From positions 64,001 through 128,000 of the forward strand of contig CAWDLW010000020.1 in the NCBI GenBank assembly GCA_963803145.1: 64,000 bases of DNA, read 5' to 3'. The position numbers and the translations under genes were made by a program. Under the pieces are notes generated by a model. It was not told the origin of the DNA. It worked only from the letters and a program-made list of their open reading frames with translations, and did not search any database. Origin of the DNA: Methanotrichaceae archaeon (GTDB lineage Archaea; Halobacteriota; Methanosarcinia; Methanotrichales; Methanotrichaceae). The stretch's first letter is position 1; each line of letters starts with the position of its first letter. Positions 33,131 to 43,146 of the stretch are shown in pieces.

Positions 33131-33388
33131 CCGTCAGAGGTTCTGTTGCATATGGGTGTGTTTCAGCATCTAATGGCATCTAATGGATAACAGATGTTTA
33201 TTCTATTGTTCCACCCCCCCTTAATGCAAGAGAACAGCAACGTCATCAACATGTTGCACGTCTCTAACGTCTCGGATCTAAACACAGTGCAGACACTGTC
33301 TGCACAATTATCTTGGTCTTATTCCATCCATCTTTTAGATGATTTTAAATATGATGGCTTGTAAAACCCACCTATAAAGGAGGAATGG

Positions 33389-33775
33389 ATGATGAATAAA
33401 TACGCAATTTTATCACTAGCCCTAGTATTTTCCTTAACTGGAATAGTCTTTGCAACAAGCGTTTGCGATACTGCCCCGTGTGAAAAAATGGTCAACGCGA
33501 GCCTTGGAAATAATTTCACAATTTCCTTTGCATCCGTTTCACCGTCAACTGGATTTCAGTGGTGGACGAACTTCGATCCGAACTACCTGAGCCTGGTAAA
33601 TGAATCCTACGTCCAGAATAGTTCAGCCCCGGGAATGGTCGGCGTTCCTGGAATGGAGTCTTTCACCTTCGCTCCTAAGAAAACAGGCGAGACGGATGTA
33701 ACTATGCTTTCGCTTCAGCCTTGGGAGAATGGCACCATTGGGCAGCGCAAGATCTTCCCAGTTACCATAACTTGA
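33389..33775 (+). CDS. Chagasin-family (I42) cysteine protease inhibitor, secreted
   Basis: Signal peptide; STGFQW, GMVGVPG, QPWE loops. Confidence 0.85.
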   Translation: MMNKYAILSLALVFSLTGIVFATSVCDTAPCEKMVNASLGNNFTISFASVSPSTGFQWWTNFDPNYLSLVNESYVQNSSAPGMVGVPGMESFTFAPKKTGETDVTMLSLQPWENGTIGQRKIFPVTIT

Positions 33776-34070
33776 TAGAGAATCTTGTCCGCATTTTCTA
33801 TTTTTTAATCTTTAAACTAGATGATTAATGGATAAGCGAAAGTTTTTACCTTTTTAAGTAATCAGATATATCCTCGCTTTTTTCAGTTGGGCGGCCTTAG
33901 CCTTCTATGGAGCGTTTAGCCGAGACTCCTTTGGCTAGCATAGATGCCTCATAAATTGCTAAACAGATCATTGGCGTATTAAACATAGAACAATACTTAT
34001 AATAAATAAAGGAGGACAGCATCAGCTTGGAATTTCAAAAAGGATGAGAATGGGATTAGATCCCACAAAT

Positions 34071-35834
34071 TTAATCGCCTACGAAACTGTTCGACATCTG
34101 GTTAATAACGCTCATGATAGTCATATTGGCCGACTGTCCGCTTGATTGGATGACATCAGTGCTGCCAATGCTTGACACATAGTGACCTCCCTGGGCTATT
34201 GTGCTAAGGTTATTCGAATTGGCATTCTGTAATGCCTCCTGAGCGGAGTTGACCTGGCCGTGAGCATCTAGTCCAGAGTCCTCTGATTGGTTAATCTGGC
34301 TGTCAACATTTTCATTGGCATTCTCCTCGGCGGATTGGCCTGCTGTGGCTGCAGCGGTCAAAGTCGCATTGTTGAGGATGTCTTGGGAGACGGAGCCATT
34401 GTTATTGTTGATCGCCGATTGTAATCCGGTCTGCGATTCAGTGGCTGCAGCATTGCCCGTCTTATTAATATCCGCAATGTTTGAGCTATTCTGGGCTATA
34501 TTGCTGTCAGAGTTATTATTTGCAGCCTGGCTATTGGATGCGGTCGCGGTGATATTCCCACCATCAATAGAGATGCTGTTTGAACCATTCTGGGCTATAT
34601 CGCTATCTGAGTTGTTATTTGCAGTTTGGCTGTTGATTGCAATCGCTGCATTGTCTGTATTGTTCGTGTTGTTTGCATCATCTGCGCTCTCTTTGCCCGT
34701 AACGCTGATTTTATTGTTGCTATCCTGGGTCAAGGAGCTATCGGCGTTTTTATCCGCAAGCTGATCATTGGCTGCCAGCACTTCACCATTGTTACCGCTG
34801 GCGTTGATGGTATTGCCTGCATCCTGGGATACATTGGTATGGGCGTTTGCATTTGCCTCCTGGCCATTGATAGCTGTGATATTGCTATCGCTGCTTGAGG
34901 TAATTGTGTTGGTTGCGCTCTGGGTTATTGTCGAATTGGAGTTCTCATTCGCCGTTGGATTATTGGCGGCTACTATCTCACTGGCGCTCTCTGCAGTAAC
35001 TGTATTAGTAGCACTCTGAGCAACTGATGTATTGGAGTTTGCATTTGCCTCCTGGATATTGGTCGCCGCTACGTTGCTTTCACTGCTTGCGGTAATTGTG
35101 TTGCTTGCATTCTGGCCTACAGAGCTGTTGGAATTTTCGTCTGCCTCAGGGGCATTAGTTGCGTTTACCTTGCTATCACTGGTTGCTGTAACGGTGTTGC
35201 TGGCGCTCTGATCTACGGATGTATCGGAGTTGCCGTTTGCCACCTGTACGTTGGTTGCAGCTGCATTGCTGTTGCTGATTGCCGCAATGGTGTTGCTTGT
35301 GCCCTGGGCTATAGAGCTGTCGGAGTTTCCAACTGCCTCCGGGATATTGGTTGATTCTACATTGCTATTGCTGGTTGCAGTTACGGCATTGCTGGCGCTC
35401 TGGGTAACTGTGCTGCCAGAGTTGGCATTTGCTACCTGTATATTGGTTGCCTGGGCACTGCTGTCACTGCTTGCGGTAACATCGCTGTTTGCACCCTGAA
35501 CTACGGTGCTGCCGGTATTCTCATTTCCCACCGGATTATTATTTTCCATTACACTACCGCCACTGCTTGCAGTAACGGTATTGCTTGCACTCTGGGTGAC
35601 TGTGCTGCCAGAGTTGGCATTTGCTTGCTGAGTATTGGAGGCTACTACTTTACTATCGCTACCTGCTGCACTGCTTGTGGTAACGGTATTGCTCGCACTC
35701 TGAGTCACGGAAGACCCGGAGTTGCCATTTGCTTCTTGCGTATTACTTACATTAACAACATTATTTGCTAATGCTCCGGACATCAATACCGTAAGTCCGA
35801 TAAGCAATGCTACTATTTGTTTATACATATTCAA
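34071..35834 (-). CDS. Secreted Asn/Gln/Ser-rich tandem-repeat protein (32-aa units), putative beta-solenoid/amyloid
   Basis: Signal peptide, AGGAGG SD; more than 11 repeats such as DSKVVASNTQQANANSGSTVTQSASNTVTASS. Confidence 0.88.
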   Translation of the reverse strand: MNMYKQIVALLIGLTVLMSGALANNVVNVSNTQEANGNSGSSVTQSASNTVTTSSAAGSDSKVVASNTQQANANSGSTVTQSASNTVTASSGGSVMENNNPVGNENTGSTVVQGANSDVTASSDSSAQATNIQVANANSGSTVTQSASNAVTATSNSNVESTNIPEAVGNSDSSIAQGTSNTIAAISNSNAAATNVQVANGNSDTSVDQSASNTVTATSDSKVNATNAPEADENSNSSVGQNASNTITASSESNVAATNIQEANANSNTSVAQSATNTVTAESASEIVAANNPTANENSNSTITQSATNTITSSSDSNITAINGQEANANAHTNVSQDAGNTINASGNNGEVLAANDQLADKNADSSLTQDSNNKISVTGKESADDANNTNNTDNAAIAINSQTANNNSDSDIAQNGSNSISIDGGNITATASNSQAANNNSDSNIAQNSSNIADINKTGNAAATESQTGLQSAINNNNGSVSQDILNNATLTAAATAGQSAEENANENVDSQINQSEDSGLDAHGQVNSAQEALQNANSNNLSTIAQGGHYVSSIGSTDVIQSSGQSANMTIMSVINQMSNSFVGD

Positions 35835-36218
35835 CCTCCTTTAGAATTCACGTCGAAGCGTTCTTCGACAGAAGTCGAATAGTGAACGCTATATTATTTA
35901 AAGATTTTGGTAAAACCGTCGATATATATAGTGCCTACAGGACGAATCTGCTTAGAATGAAGCGCCACTATGGTTGAGAATTTTTCTATTACGCCGATAG
36001 AAATATGACTAAGAAAAAACCCTTATTTTTTTTCTTAATAATTTTAAATGTTGTTCTATTCATTTAAAGTGATATTATTCGTTTAAGCATAAAAACCTTT
36101 GCTTTATCAACTATCTATGCCACCATAATTTTCATAAGTTCTCTGTATTTGAGAGCAACTTGAAGTAAATAGCGCATATGGCATAAATGGCTTTATAGCC
36201 CCTCCACTATATCTCACA

Positions 36219-37199
36219 GTGATGCTCAACGACATGGAAAGCGCCATGGCCCTTGTTGAAGGCCAAAAGCTAGAGGCTGTATCTGCAGTTAAGGATAAAT
36301 GGCTGCTGGCATTAGAGGAAGCCTCGAAGATATTGAAGTGGCCTGAAAGATTTATCGTTCAGTATAACCCGGCCATCTGGAGAAGATCGCACTATCCTGT
36401 CGGCATGAGGCTTCTTTCCGATCCCTTTAAGGAGTATCTTATATTCGAATTTGCCACCCCCAATTACATCCTGCCTTTTGATTGCTTTGAACTCGGAAGG
36501 GCAAAGATAGGTGTCATGCTCCACGAGTTCAGCCATCTAATTGATGACGAGCGCTGGGGATTCGATCTGAGAAGCTTAGCAATAGAGGCAGGAGAATTCA
36601 TAACCAGGGAGCAGAGAGCTGAGCTAATGGCCTTCGCCTGCTGCCCAATCGGAGTTTTCGAAGCCAACCTGGCCTTGATTATGTCCACTGCCAGAATGCT
36701 TGATGTGGAGCTTGGCGATCACTCCAAAGCCCTGGCTGCAGCGGAGACTATGGGCCATGCGGGTCTTGCCGGCGAGGCTGATCCTATAGAGGTTTTCAAG
36801 GAAATCCAAGGAGAGGGCATTCCTGCGGATAAAATTCTTGAGCATTATTTATGCACCTTCGCCTTTTCCCTGGCAGGACTCACCACTACGCCAAATTTAA
36901 ACGAAAGACAGGGCCTAGGGATCAAGAGATCCAAAGATTTGACGCAGGCTAATAAGTGGCTTTGCCAGCATCTTAGGGGCGAGGTGGATTTTCCGAAGCT
37001 TCAAGATCTGCTTGAGGACATTGGCTATTATGCATTCTCTGAGGAGGGATATGATCCTCTTAGCTGCCTGGAATTCACTTGCGTCGATCGAATGGCGGCC
37101 AAGGAGAATATCTCCCACGCTAAAAGCTACTTTGCGGAGGAGCCCTGTTTCATGGATCTTCTCAACGCTACTGAAGCGCTAAGAATGAAGTTGAAATGA
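36219..37199 (+). CDS. Hypothetical protein with HExxH zincin-like motif
   Basis: VMLHEFSHLID followed ~20 aa later by EQRAE. Confidence 0.7.
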   Translation: MMLNDMESAMALVEGQKLEAVSAVKDKWLLALEEASKILKWPERFIVQYNPAIWRRSHYPVGMRLLSDPFKEYLIFEFATPNYILPFDCFELGRAKIGVMLHEFSHLIDDERWGFDLRSLAIEAGEFITREQRAELMAFACCPIGVFEANLALIMSTARMLDVELGDHSKALAAAETMGHAGLAGEADPIEVFKEIQGEGIPADKILEHYLCTFAFSLAGLTTTPNLNERQGLGIKRSKDLTQANKWLCQHLRGEVDFPKLQDLLEDIGYYAFSEEGYDPLSCLEFTCVDRMAAKENISHAKSYFAEEPCFMDLLNATEALRMKLK

Positions 37200-37266
37200 T
37201 TATTGTAAATATAATTAGAGAACTCATAAAATTTTGGGATCGAAGAAGAGACACACAAGATAATGC

Positions 37267-37587
37267 TTAGCGGTAATCCTCCCTTGCGGGGTTGAACGTA
37301 TCCACTACTACAGATCTCTCAATGGCGATTGCGCCGTGCTTCACACCAGAAGGCGCATAGTAAGTATCCCCAGGTCCCAGATCAAAGTGCTCTCCATCGA
37401 TTATGAGTCTCAACTTTCCTGAAGCGATATATCCTATCTGCTCATGCGGGTGAGCATGGCCCGGTATCTCAACGCCAGCATTGAGGGTGAACTCACAGAT
37501 CATCATTGACTTGCCTTCGGCCAGCGTGCGGCGGATGAGGCCCGGCACCATCTCCACTGGGGAAGCACTTGAATATTTGTTAATCAT
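37267..37587 (-). CDS. Cupin domain protein
   Basis: HAHPHEQIGY, GDTYYAPSGVKHG, DTFNPAREDY. Confidence 0.92.
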   Translation of the reverse strand: MINKYSSASPVEMVPGLIRRTLAEGKSMMICEFTLNAGVEIPGHAHPHEQIGYIASGKLRLIIDGEHFDLGPGDTYYAPSGVKHGAIAIERSVVVDTFNPAREDYR

Positions 37588-37821
37588 CGCTTCCCTTAAG
37601 GATCGATTGGAATCTTCAATCTGACGGTACTATCACTGCTTTTATCCCAAAGCTAATCGGAATATGCTTTGTGAACCCTTTGTGCGTTTAATGATTTTAT
37701 TTTTAATGATTTTATAGTGGTAGGTAGAGCGCATAGGCATTAAACATCTGATGTGATTCTACCAACTGCAAGAAGGGCACAAAATAAAAATATTGGTATC
37801 AGGGGCTTTTGATAAAAATGC

Positions 37822-38196
37822 TCAAGGCTTCTCTACAATATCGCCTTTGATGCCGTTGAGCATATTGAGAATCTCCTTTTGCTCGGCATCATCAACCTTG
37901 AAGCTATCGAGAGACCCAACAAGATGAGATATCATCGTCTGCCAGCTCACTCCGTCAATCCCCATGCCCTTATGGATAGTCTTCATATCGCGTCCTGTGT
38001 AGTAACATGGCCCTCCAGCGGCTTCGCAGATCATGTTTACCTGCAGCTGACGCAGCCTCCTTCTCGAATCATCTCCATGGCCGGCAAAGTATCTTGCCAA
38101 CCTCTGATCTCTTCCCATTCGCCTCATCAGATCATCGACGACCGCTACAATTGTATTATAGCCGCCGAGCCTTTCATAGAGTGATGCATTTGCCAT
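37822..38196 (-). CDS. Group I truncated hemoglobin (2/2 globin, GlbN-like)
   Basis: SLYERLGG, GGPCYYTGRDM, proximal His in TIHKGMGI. Confidence 0.92.
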   Translation of the reverse strand: MANASLYERLGGYNTIVAVVDDLMRRMGRDQRLARYFAGHGDDSRRRLRQLQVNMICEAAGGPCYYTGRDMKTIHKGMGIDGVSWQTMISHLVGSLDSFKVDDAEQKEILNMLNGIKGDIVEKP

Positions 38197-38274
38197 ATCA
38201 ATCCCTCACATCCACGCATTCTATCTACAGTGAGATAAAAGTTTTCCTAAGATTTTGTCATGTCCAATAGGTGA

Positions 38275-39018
38275 TCAATATCCAGGCGATTGACCTTTGC
38301 AGTAAGTTACACTAAAGCCATTAGGAAGTAATTCCATCCTTAAGCCGGTATACCCTTTGCTAATAAGATCGACCTGGACAACGATGTCTGAACTATCTAT
38401 CTTTACTTCATTTACTTCATCAGAGCCAAAGGAAATTGGGCATAACACATTTTGATATAAGATATATCTCCACCAGCCGCTGAACTTTCTCTTGAGGCCT
38501 CTGATAACAAAGCCGCATAACATCAGATTTCTCAGGCTCACAGGATTCTTAGGAGAGACCGTGCAGAAAATGTGCTCATAACCCATTTTCTTGAGCACTT
38601 CCAGGTGCTGTCTTGCCATCCTTCTCTGCAGCGAATTTCCTCTATAATCAGGATGGACGACTGTTGCCTGCAGGTGGGCGGCCTTCATCAGACCCTCCTC
38701 GGATAGGTCTATGTCCCGCCCCAGATTTCCACAGCCTTCCTGTGACTTGAACTCTCTTGGAACATAAATCAGGCTGTAAGCTATCAGGCCGTCCTCAGTT
38801 GATACTCCTATCACAGATCGTTCAACTTTGAATATTTCTTTGAAATAATCGATTGGGTGAGTCCAGAAGATCTCTGGATCAGGAAGGCCCCGAACTATGG
38901 TATTCTGAAGTCCTATGAGCTCATGTAATCTTCCTTCATCCAGGAAATCCATCTCATAGTTTACGTCCCTCTCTAAAGGCTGGCCTTTATTTTTTATGAG
39001 CCTTCCAATCCGTATCAA
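38275..39018 (-). CDS. GNAT family N-acetyltransferase
   Basis: VVHPDYRGNSLQ acetyl-CoA motif; TVSPKNPVSL. Confidence 0.85.
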   Translation of the reverse strand: MIRIGRLIKNKGQPLERDVNYEMDFLDEGRLHELIGLQNTIVRGLPDPEIFWTHPIDYFKEIFKVERSVIGVSTEDGLIAYSLIYVPREFKSQEGCGNLGRDIDLSEEGLMKAAHLQATVVHPDYRGNSLQRRMARQHLEVLKKMGYEHIFCTVSPKNPVSLRNLMLCGFVIRGLKRKFSGWWRYILYQNVLCPISFGSDEVNEVKIDSSDIVVQVDLISKGYTGLRMELLPNGFSVTYCKGQSPGY

Positions 39019-39167
39019 ATTCGTGCCTCTTCTGCTAAAATGCCGGCAGCAGCTCTTGTGGAATATCCGTTTCTTACTGGATTATTCCCCATACCAGATC
39101 GCTCCTTTTACTCGATTATAGTAGCATTGCCTTAATATCCGAGAAGAAGATATAAAATATATCGGTC

Positions 39168-39452
39168 ATGGAGATTGCAAATTGGGCTGAGATCTTAAGA
39201 GAGCTCGAAGAGCTTTATGAGCTTCATGAGCAGGGGGCCTCTGACCCCAAGAAATGCCGGGAGTTCAACTCCAGAGCATCCGTATTTCTCAGCAAGATGG
39301 AAGATATGGGCGCAAATCAGATGGCAGATAGGATGATGGATATTCTGGGAGGCTGCAGCCCCAAAGATTTTTCTCCATGTGATAACCGCCAGAACACAAA
39401 GGGCGCCCTGGAAAGGCTCAGGAATAAAGCAAAGGAGAATCTTGGCCAGTAG
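39168..39452 (+). CDS. Hypothetical helical protein
   Basis: 94-aa ORF, TATA-like element upstream, GCSPK..C motif. Confidence 0.7.
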   Translation: MEIANWAEILRELEELYELHEQGASDPKKCREFNSRASVFLSKMEDMGANQMADRMMDILGGCSPKDFSPCDNRQNTKGALERLRNKAKENLGQ

Positions 39453-39997
39453 ATCTACAGCTTTTTTGGTGAATACTAAAGATATCATAATCCAGAGATA
39501 GTAAGAGATCATACTATCTATATAAGAAGAGAGATTCGTTAGCGATGATTTGAATACGGCTTGCCTCCATATTTATTAAATTTCGGATAATGTTTTGAAG
39601 AGCAAGCCCTTTTTGCGGACATCCTCTTCCTAAGCGAGGATGTCTTCTCATGGTCCAACGAGAGAGTAAACAGCTTTAAGCTCATCATTATTATTGCCTC
39701 TTAATAGCATATCAGTTATCCATGGACTTGCTATCCCAAACTAAGCAAGCCAGTATAAGAAAGATAACCGGTATATTAGATAATAAGTGTTATAATAGAT
39801 AACACACCAGGAATGATAAATCGGGAGTGGCTATCTGAAAAATTCGTACTGATTTTAGGTAGCAGCCAGTGATGGCGATATTAGTAATAGTATCTGCCCC
39901 GTGGCAAACAGGTAAAGTCCAGGATCTTTCAGAGCCTATTGTATCTTTCAGTTTAGCGCTCCTTTTGTGCCGATGCCCTTAGCTCCGGCAGTTTCAG

Positions 39998-41086
39998 CTA
40001 TATTGTATCATTGACCGGAGGCAGCTCATGCGCATCCCAGTCCTGCCATGAATAGACCTTTGAATTGAATCCCATGAGCTGCAGCGCATACCAGACCAGG
40101 GATGCATTGGCGATATCCGTGGAATACACGACAACCGGCTTACCTTTGTCAAGCTTCGAGAAGGTATTATTCAGCTTAGAAGCATCCTTTATCCTTCCAT
40201 TTTCAAGTACATCATTTGTAGGGATCCAGAAGGAATTGGGGATTCTGCCACCTCCGAAATCCTGGAAGCTCCTTGCATCTACAACCTGAGCAACGCCTGA
40301 TTTCACATAGCCGTAATCCGCGAGCAACTCAGGATTTACCTTTGCAGTATAGCTGACCTTCGGCAAAGTTTTCAGCTTAGTATCCAGAGGCAGACTGGCA
40401 CCTATCCAATCATGCAGATCTCCATCCAGCAGTTTTACATTGTCCTGGCCAAGGTATTTCATCAACCAGAAAACAAATGCTGCCTCGCCCGATTCAAAGG
40501 CGCTGCTGTAAACAACAACTGAATCGTCGCTGGAAACCCCTGCATCTCCAAGGATTCTTGTGATCTCAGAGACTGGCCTAATTGTGCCGTTTTCATAAAT
40601 GAAGCTCTTTGAGGGGATGTAAATAGCGCCTCGGATAAATGCATCTCCCTTAGAGTGGTTGCTCGTTACATCCAAGACTAGATCAGAGCTGGATACACTT
40701 TGCATCGCTTTGAGGGTATCTCCTTTCGGAAAACTATCCGATCTATAAACCTGGATAGAGTCCATTGAAGAATCCGCTGAAGGACTCATTGGGGAATCCA
40801 TTGAGGAATCCATCGAAGAATCCGACGAGGCCTTCGGTATAGATTCAGTATCATTCAGTGTGCTGCCTATAGCTGCCTGTCCCACCTTTAGGCTGCTTCC
40901 CGCTGCCATATCTTGGATGCTTCCGCCGGCCATGGGCACATCAGAGCTGAGGAATGCCTGTGCAGTAGCATCCCAGTCCTGAGAGTTACCACCACAGCCG
41001 CCAGGCGGGCATTGAGCATCTGCATATGAGAGCAGAGCCGTGATCATTAAAGCAATTCCTAGAAAGATCAGCAATTTACTGCCCAT
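39998..41086 (-). CDS. Secreted tandem-rhodanese-domain protein, probably lacking the catalytic Cys
   Basis: Signal peptide from ATG 41086; IRGAIYIP, VKLLDGD..W, VVDARS, RIPNS; loops VVVYSS and VVVYST have no Cys. Confidence 0.85.
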   Translation of the reverse strand: MGSKLLIFLGIALMITALLSYADAQCPPGGCGGNSQDWDATAQAFLSSDVPMAGGSIQDMAAGSSLKVGQAAIGSTLNDTESIPKASSDSSMDSSMDSPMSPSADSSMDSIQVYRSDSFPKGDTLKAMQSVSSSDLVLDVTSNHSKGDAFIRGAIYIPSKSFIYENGTIRPVSEITRILGDAGVSSDDSVVVYSSAFESGEAAFVFWLMKYLGQDNVKLLDGDLHDWIGASLPLDTKLKTLPKVSYTAKVNPELLADYGYVKSGVAQVVDARSFQDFGGGRIPNSFWIPTNDVLENGRIKDASKLNNTFSKLDKGKPVVVYSTDIANASLVWYALQLMGFNSKVYSWQDWDAHELPPVNDTI

Positions 41087-41291
41087 ACCAAATGCCTCCG
41101 GATCAAATAAGGTTGAGATCTCAACCCTAAAGTCTTGCTTCGGCATAAACTCCGGCGCTCTTAAAGATTTCCCATCAATTATGTATAAAATCACCATACA
41201 ATCCAAATGTTACATATTTAGTAATAATATTGTTAATATTATTAATTAGCAATATTACTATTATCCATGCTTTCCTTATTCATGATCCAGC

Positions 41292-42350
41292 TGTGTAGTC
41301 CCGAAATCTTTGACTTTATATACCCACCAAAGGGGCATGGGAAAGAAGAATAAGGTTGTAAAGCTAACACAAAGAAAGATCCGGTACATAATCCGAGCTA
41401 AAACCAGTAACATCAGCACCAAAAGAATCGCTGCTGAGATGAAAGTCAGCGAGTCAACCGTTAAGCGAGTCTGGATGCATTGGATGAAAACCAAGATGCC
41501 CCTAAACATTAACAAATTTGGACGTAAGAAAAAAGATGTTGATGAGGAATCAGAGAGATTGATATTAGAAACCAACAAAGAGCAAAATTTGGGGGCAAGG
41601 CGTCTTGAAAAGATCATAGAATTCAAGTACGGAAAACATATCCCTCACAACACAATTCACAAGGTTCTGCTGAATCATGGCCAAGCTAAAGTAAACCGTA
41701 ATAAAGCGAAGCGTAGAAAACCTTGGGTCAGGTGGGAACGCAAGCACAGCCTGACACTGGTACATCTGGACTGGCATACCAGTAAGCTCAATGGAAAAAA
41801 GGTATGTGCAGTTCTTGATGATAGTTCGCGGCGAATTCTCGCAGGCGGAGAGTTCGATGCAGAAACTACTGAGAATAGTATCATGCTCCTTCAGGAGGCG
41901 CTGGATAACTTTGGATGGCTGACGGGAATCAGTCAGGTAATGACTGATCATGGAACTCAGTTCTATGCCAATAAACGAGATAAAAAGGGAGAGGCCGATA
42001 GCAGATTTGAGAACTTCCTTAAGGATAATAAAATAGTCCATATTAAAGCGAGAGTCAAACACCCTCAGACAAATGGCAAATTCGAAAAATGGAATGATAC
42101 ATACCAAAAGAACAGGTCTAGGTTCGATAATTTTGACAATTTCATGGATTGGTATAACACTGTTAGGTTCCATGAATCGCTCGATACAAAATGGTATCTT
42201 CAGACGCCAGATAGTGCTTTCTGGTCCAGGCTACCAGAAGGGTGCAAGCTGAAAATGTTTCTCGATCGTATGGAGACTGAATTAAATGTTAGAGATAGAA
42301 CCTAAAAGTAGAGACCGAGTATATAAAGTCAAAACATTCGGGACTCTACA
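41292..42350 (+). mobile_element. IS481-family insertion sequence (1059 bp) with 15-bp target duplication
   Basis: TIRs TGTGTAGTCCCGAAATCTTTGACTTTATATAC / reverse complement TGTAGAGTCCCGAATGTTTTGACTTTATATAC; TATTCATGATCCAGC at 41277-41291 and 42351-42365. Confidence 0.95.
41337..42305 (+). CDS. IS481-family DDE transposase
   Basis: HLDW, LDDSSR, TDHGTQF, HPQTNGKFEKWN, YNTVRFHESL. Confidence 0.95.
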   Translation: MGKKNKVVKLTQRKIRYIIRAKTSNISTKRIAAEMKVSESTVKRVWMHWMKTKMPLNINKFGRKKKDVDEESERLILETNKEQNLGARRLEKIIEFKYGKHIPHNTIHKVLLNHGQAKVNRNKAKRRKPWVRWERKHSLTLVHLDWHTSKLNGKKVCAVLDDSSRRILAGGEFDAETTENSIMLLQEALDNFGWLTGISQVMTDHGTQFYANKRDKKGEADSRFENFLKDNKIVHIKARVKHPQTNGKFEKWNDTYQKNRSRFDNFDNFMDWYNTVRFHESLDTKWYLQTPDSAFWSRLPEGCKLKMFLDRMETELNVRDRT

Positions 42351-42560
42351 TATTCATGATCCAGCCAAAAACGATTTATACGAAAACGCAAGAGCTACTC
42401 GGCAAATGTCTAAGGCCATATAGGCTATTGTACGATAAATGCCTTAATTGGGCCTTCAACTATGTGCGGCTGCTGTTCAGGCAATTATTGCTTATCCGCC
42501 TATGGGAAAGATTAAAGCTATTAGAGCTAGATAACTAATCAAGAAATATAGGGAGTAAAT

Positions 42561-43139
42561 GTGATGTCCAGAGTGCTGGTTGGGGCTATCAAGGCTTTTG
42601 CGGCAACATTTCTATTAATCATCGTTTTAACTGTCTTCGTTACAGGATCGCAGGCTGCGGGCAAATTGGAAGGCTATAAACCCGTTCATGCCCTCGGTTC
42701 TGGCGAGGATGACTGGTGGATCGGCTATCCACCTCAGAGCTCTGGATCAGGCTCATTGATAATCCATCCGAAATGGGTCCAGGATTCCCTCAAGGATAAG
42801 CCAGTGCTTATCCTGGACCATTCAAGCAGCTGTACATCATGCGTAGTGCAAAAGGCAAATATAGAAAAGGCTCTTGCCGCTTACGGCAAAAATGTAACCT
42901 ATTATGACCTTTTAACCGATTCGCGTGATAAAAGAGCCTTTGAAGTTCTTAGTGTCTATGGCATTACTGGAAACTACGTGCCCACAACAGCCTTCATCAC
43001 ACTGATAAAAGGTCCTGATGGCAGGGTATCAGTTGCCTGGCACTCTGCAGAAGATGCGATGAGCGAAGGTGATGTCGTGTCCTACCTAAAGGATGCCATA
43101 TATTACTATCAGCAGAATGCACCTAGCTGGAATAAGTGA
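42561..43139 (+). CDS. Secreted thioredoxin-fold protein
   Basis: Signal/anchor segment; CTSC (CxxC); VPT cis-Pro-type motif. Confidence 0.8.
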   Translation: MMSRVLVGAIKAFAATFLLIIVLTVFVTGSQAAGKLEGYKPVHALGSGEDDWWIGYPPQSSGSGSLIIHPKWVQDSLKDKPVLILDHSSSCTSCVVQKANIEKALAAYGKNVTYYDLLTDSRDKRAFEVLSVYGITGNYVPTTAFITLIKGPDGRVSVAWHSAEDAMSEGDVVSYLKDAIYYYQQNAPSWNK

Positions 43140-43146
43140 TTGAAGA

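Noticed and set aside
34315-35499. Hydrophobic plus-strand ORFs opposite the repeat protein
   Set aside because: Antisense shadows of Asn/Ser/Gln codons
41565-42173. 202-aa antisense ORF inside the IS481 transposase
   Set aside because: No recognisable motifs; consistent with a shadow ORF
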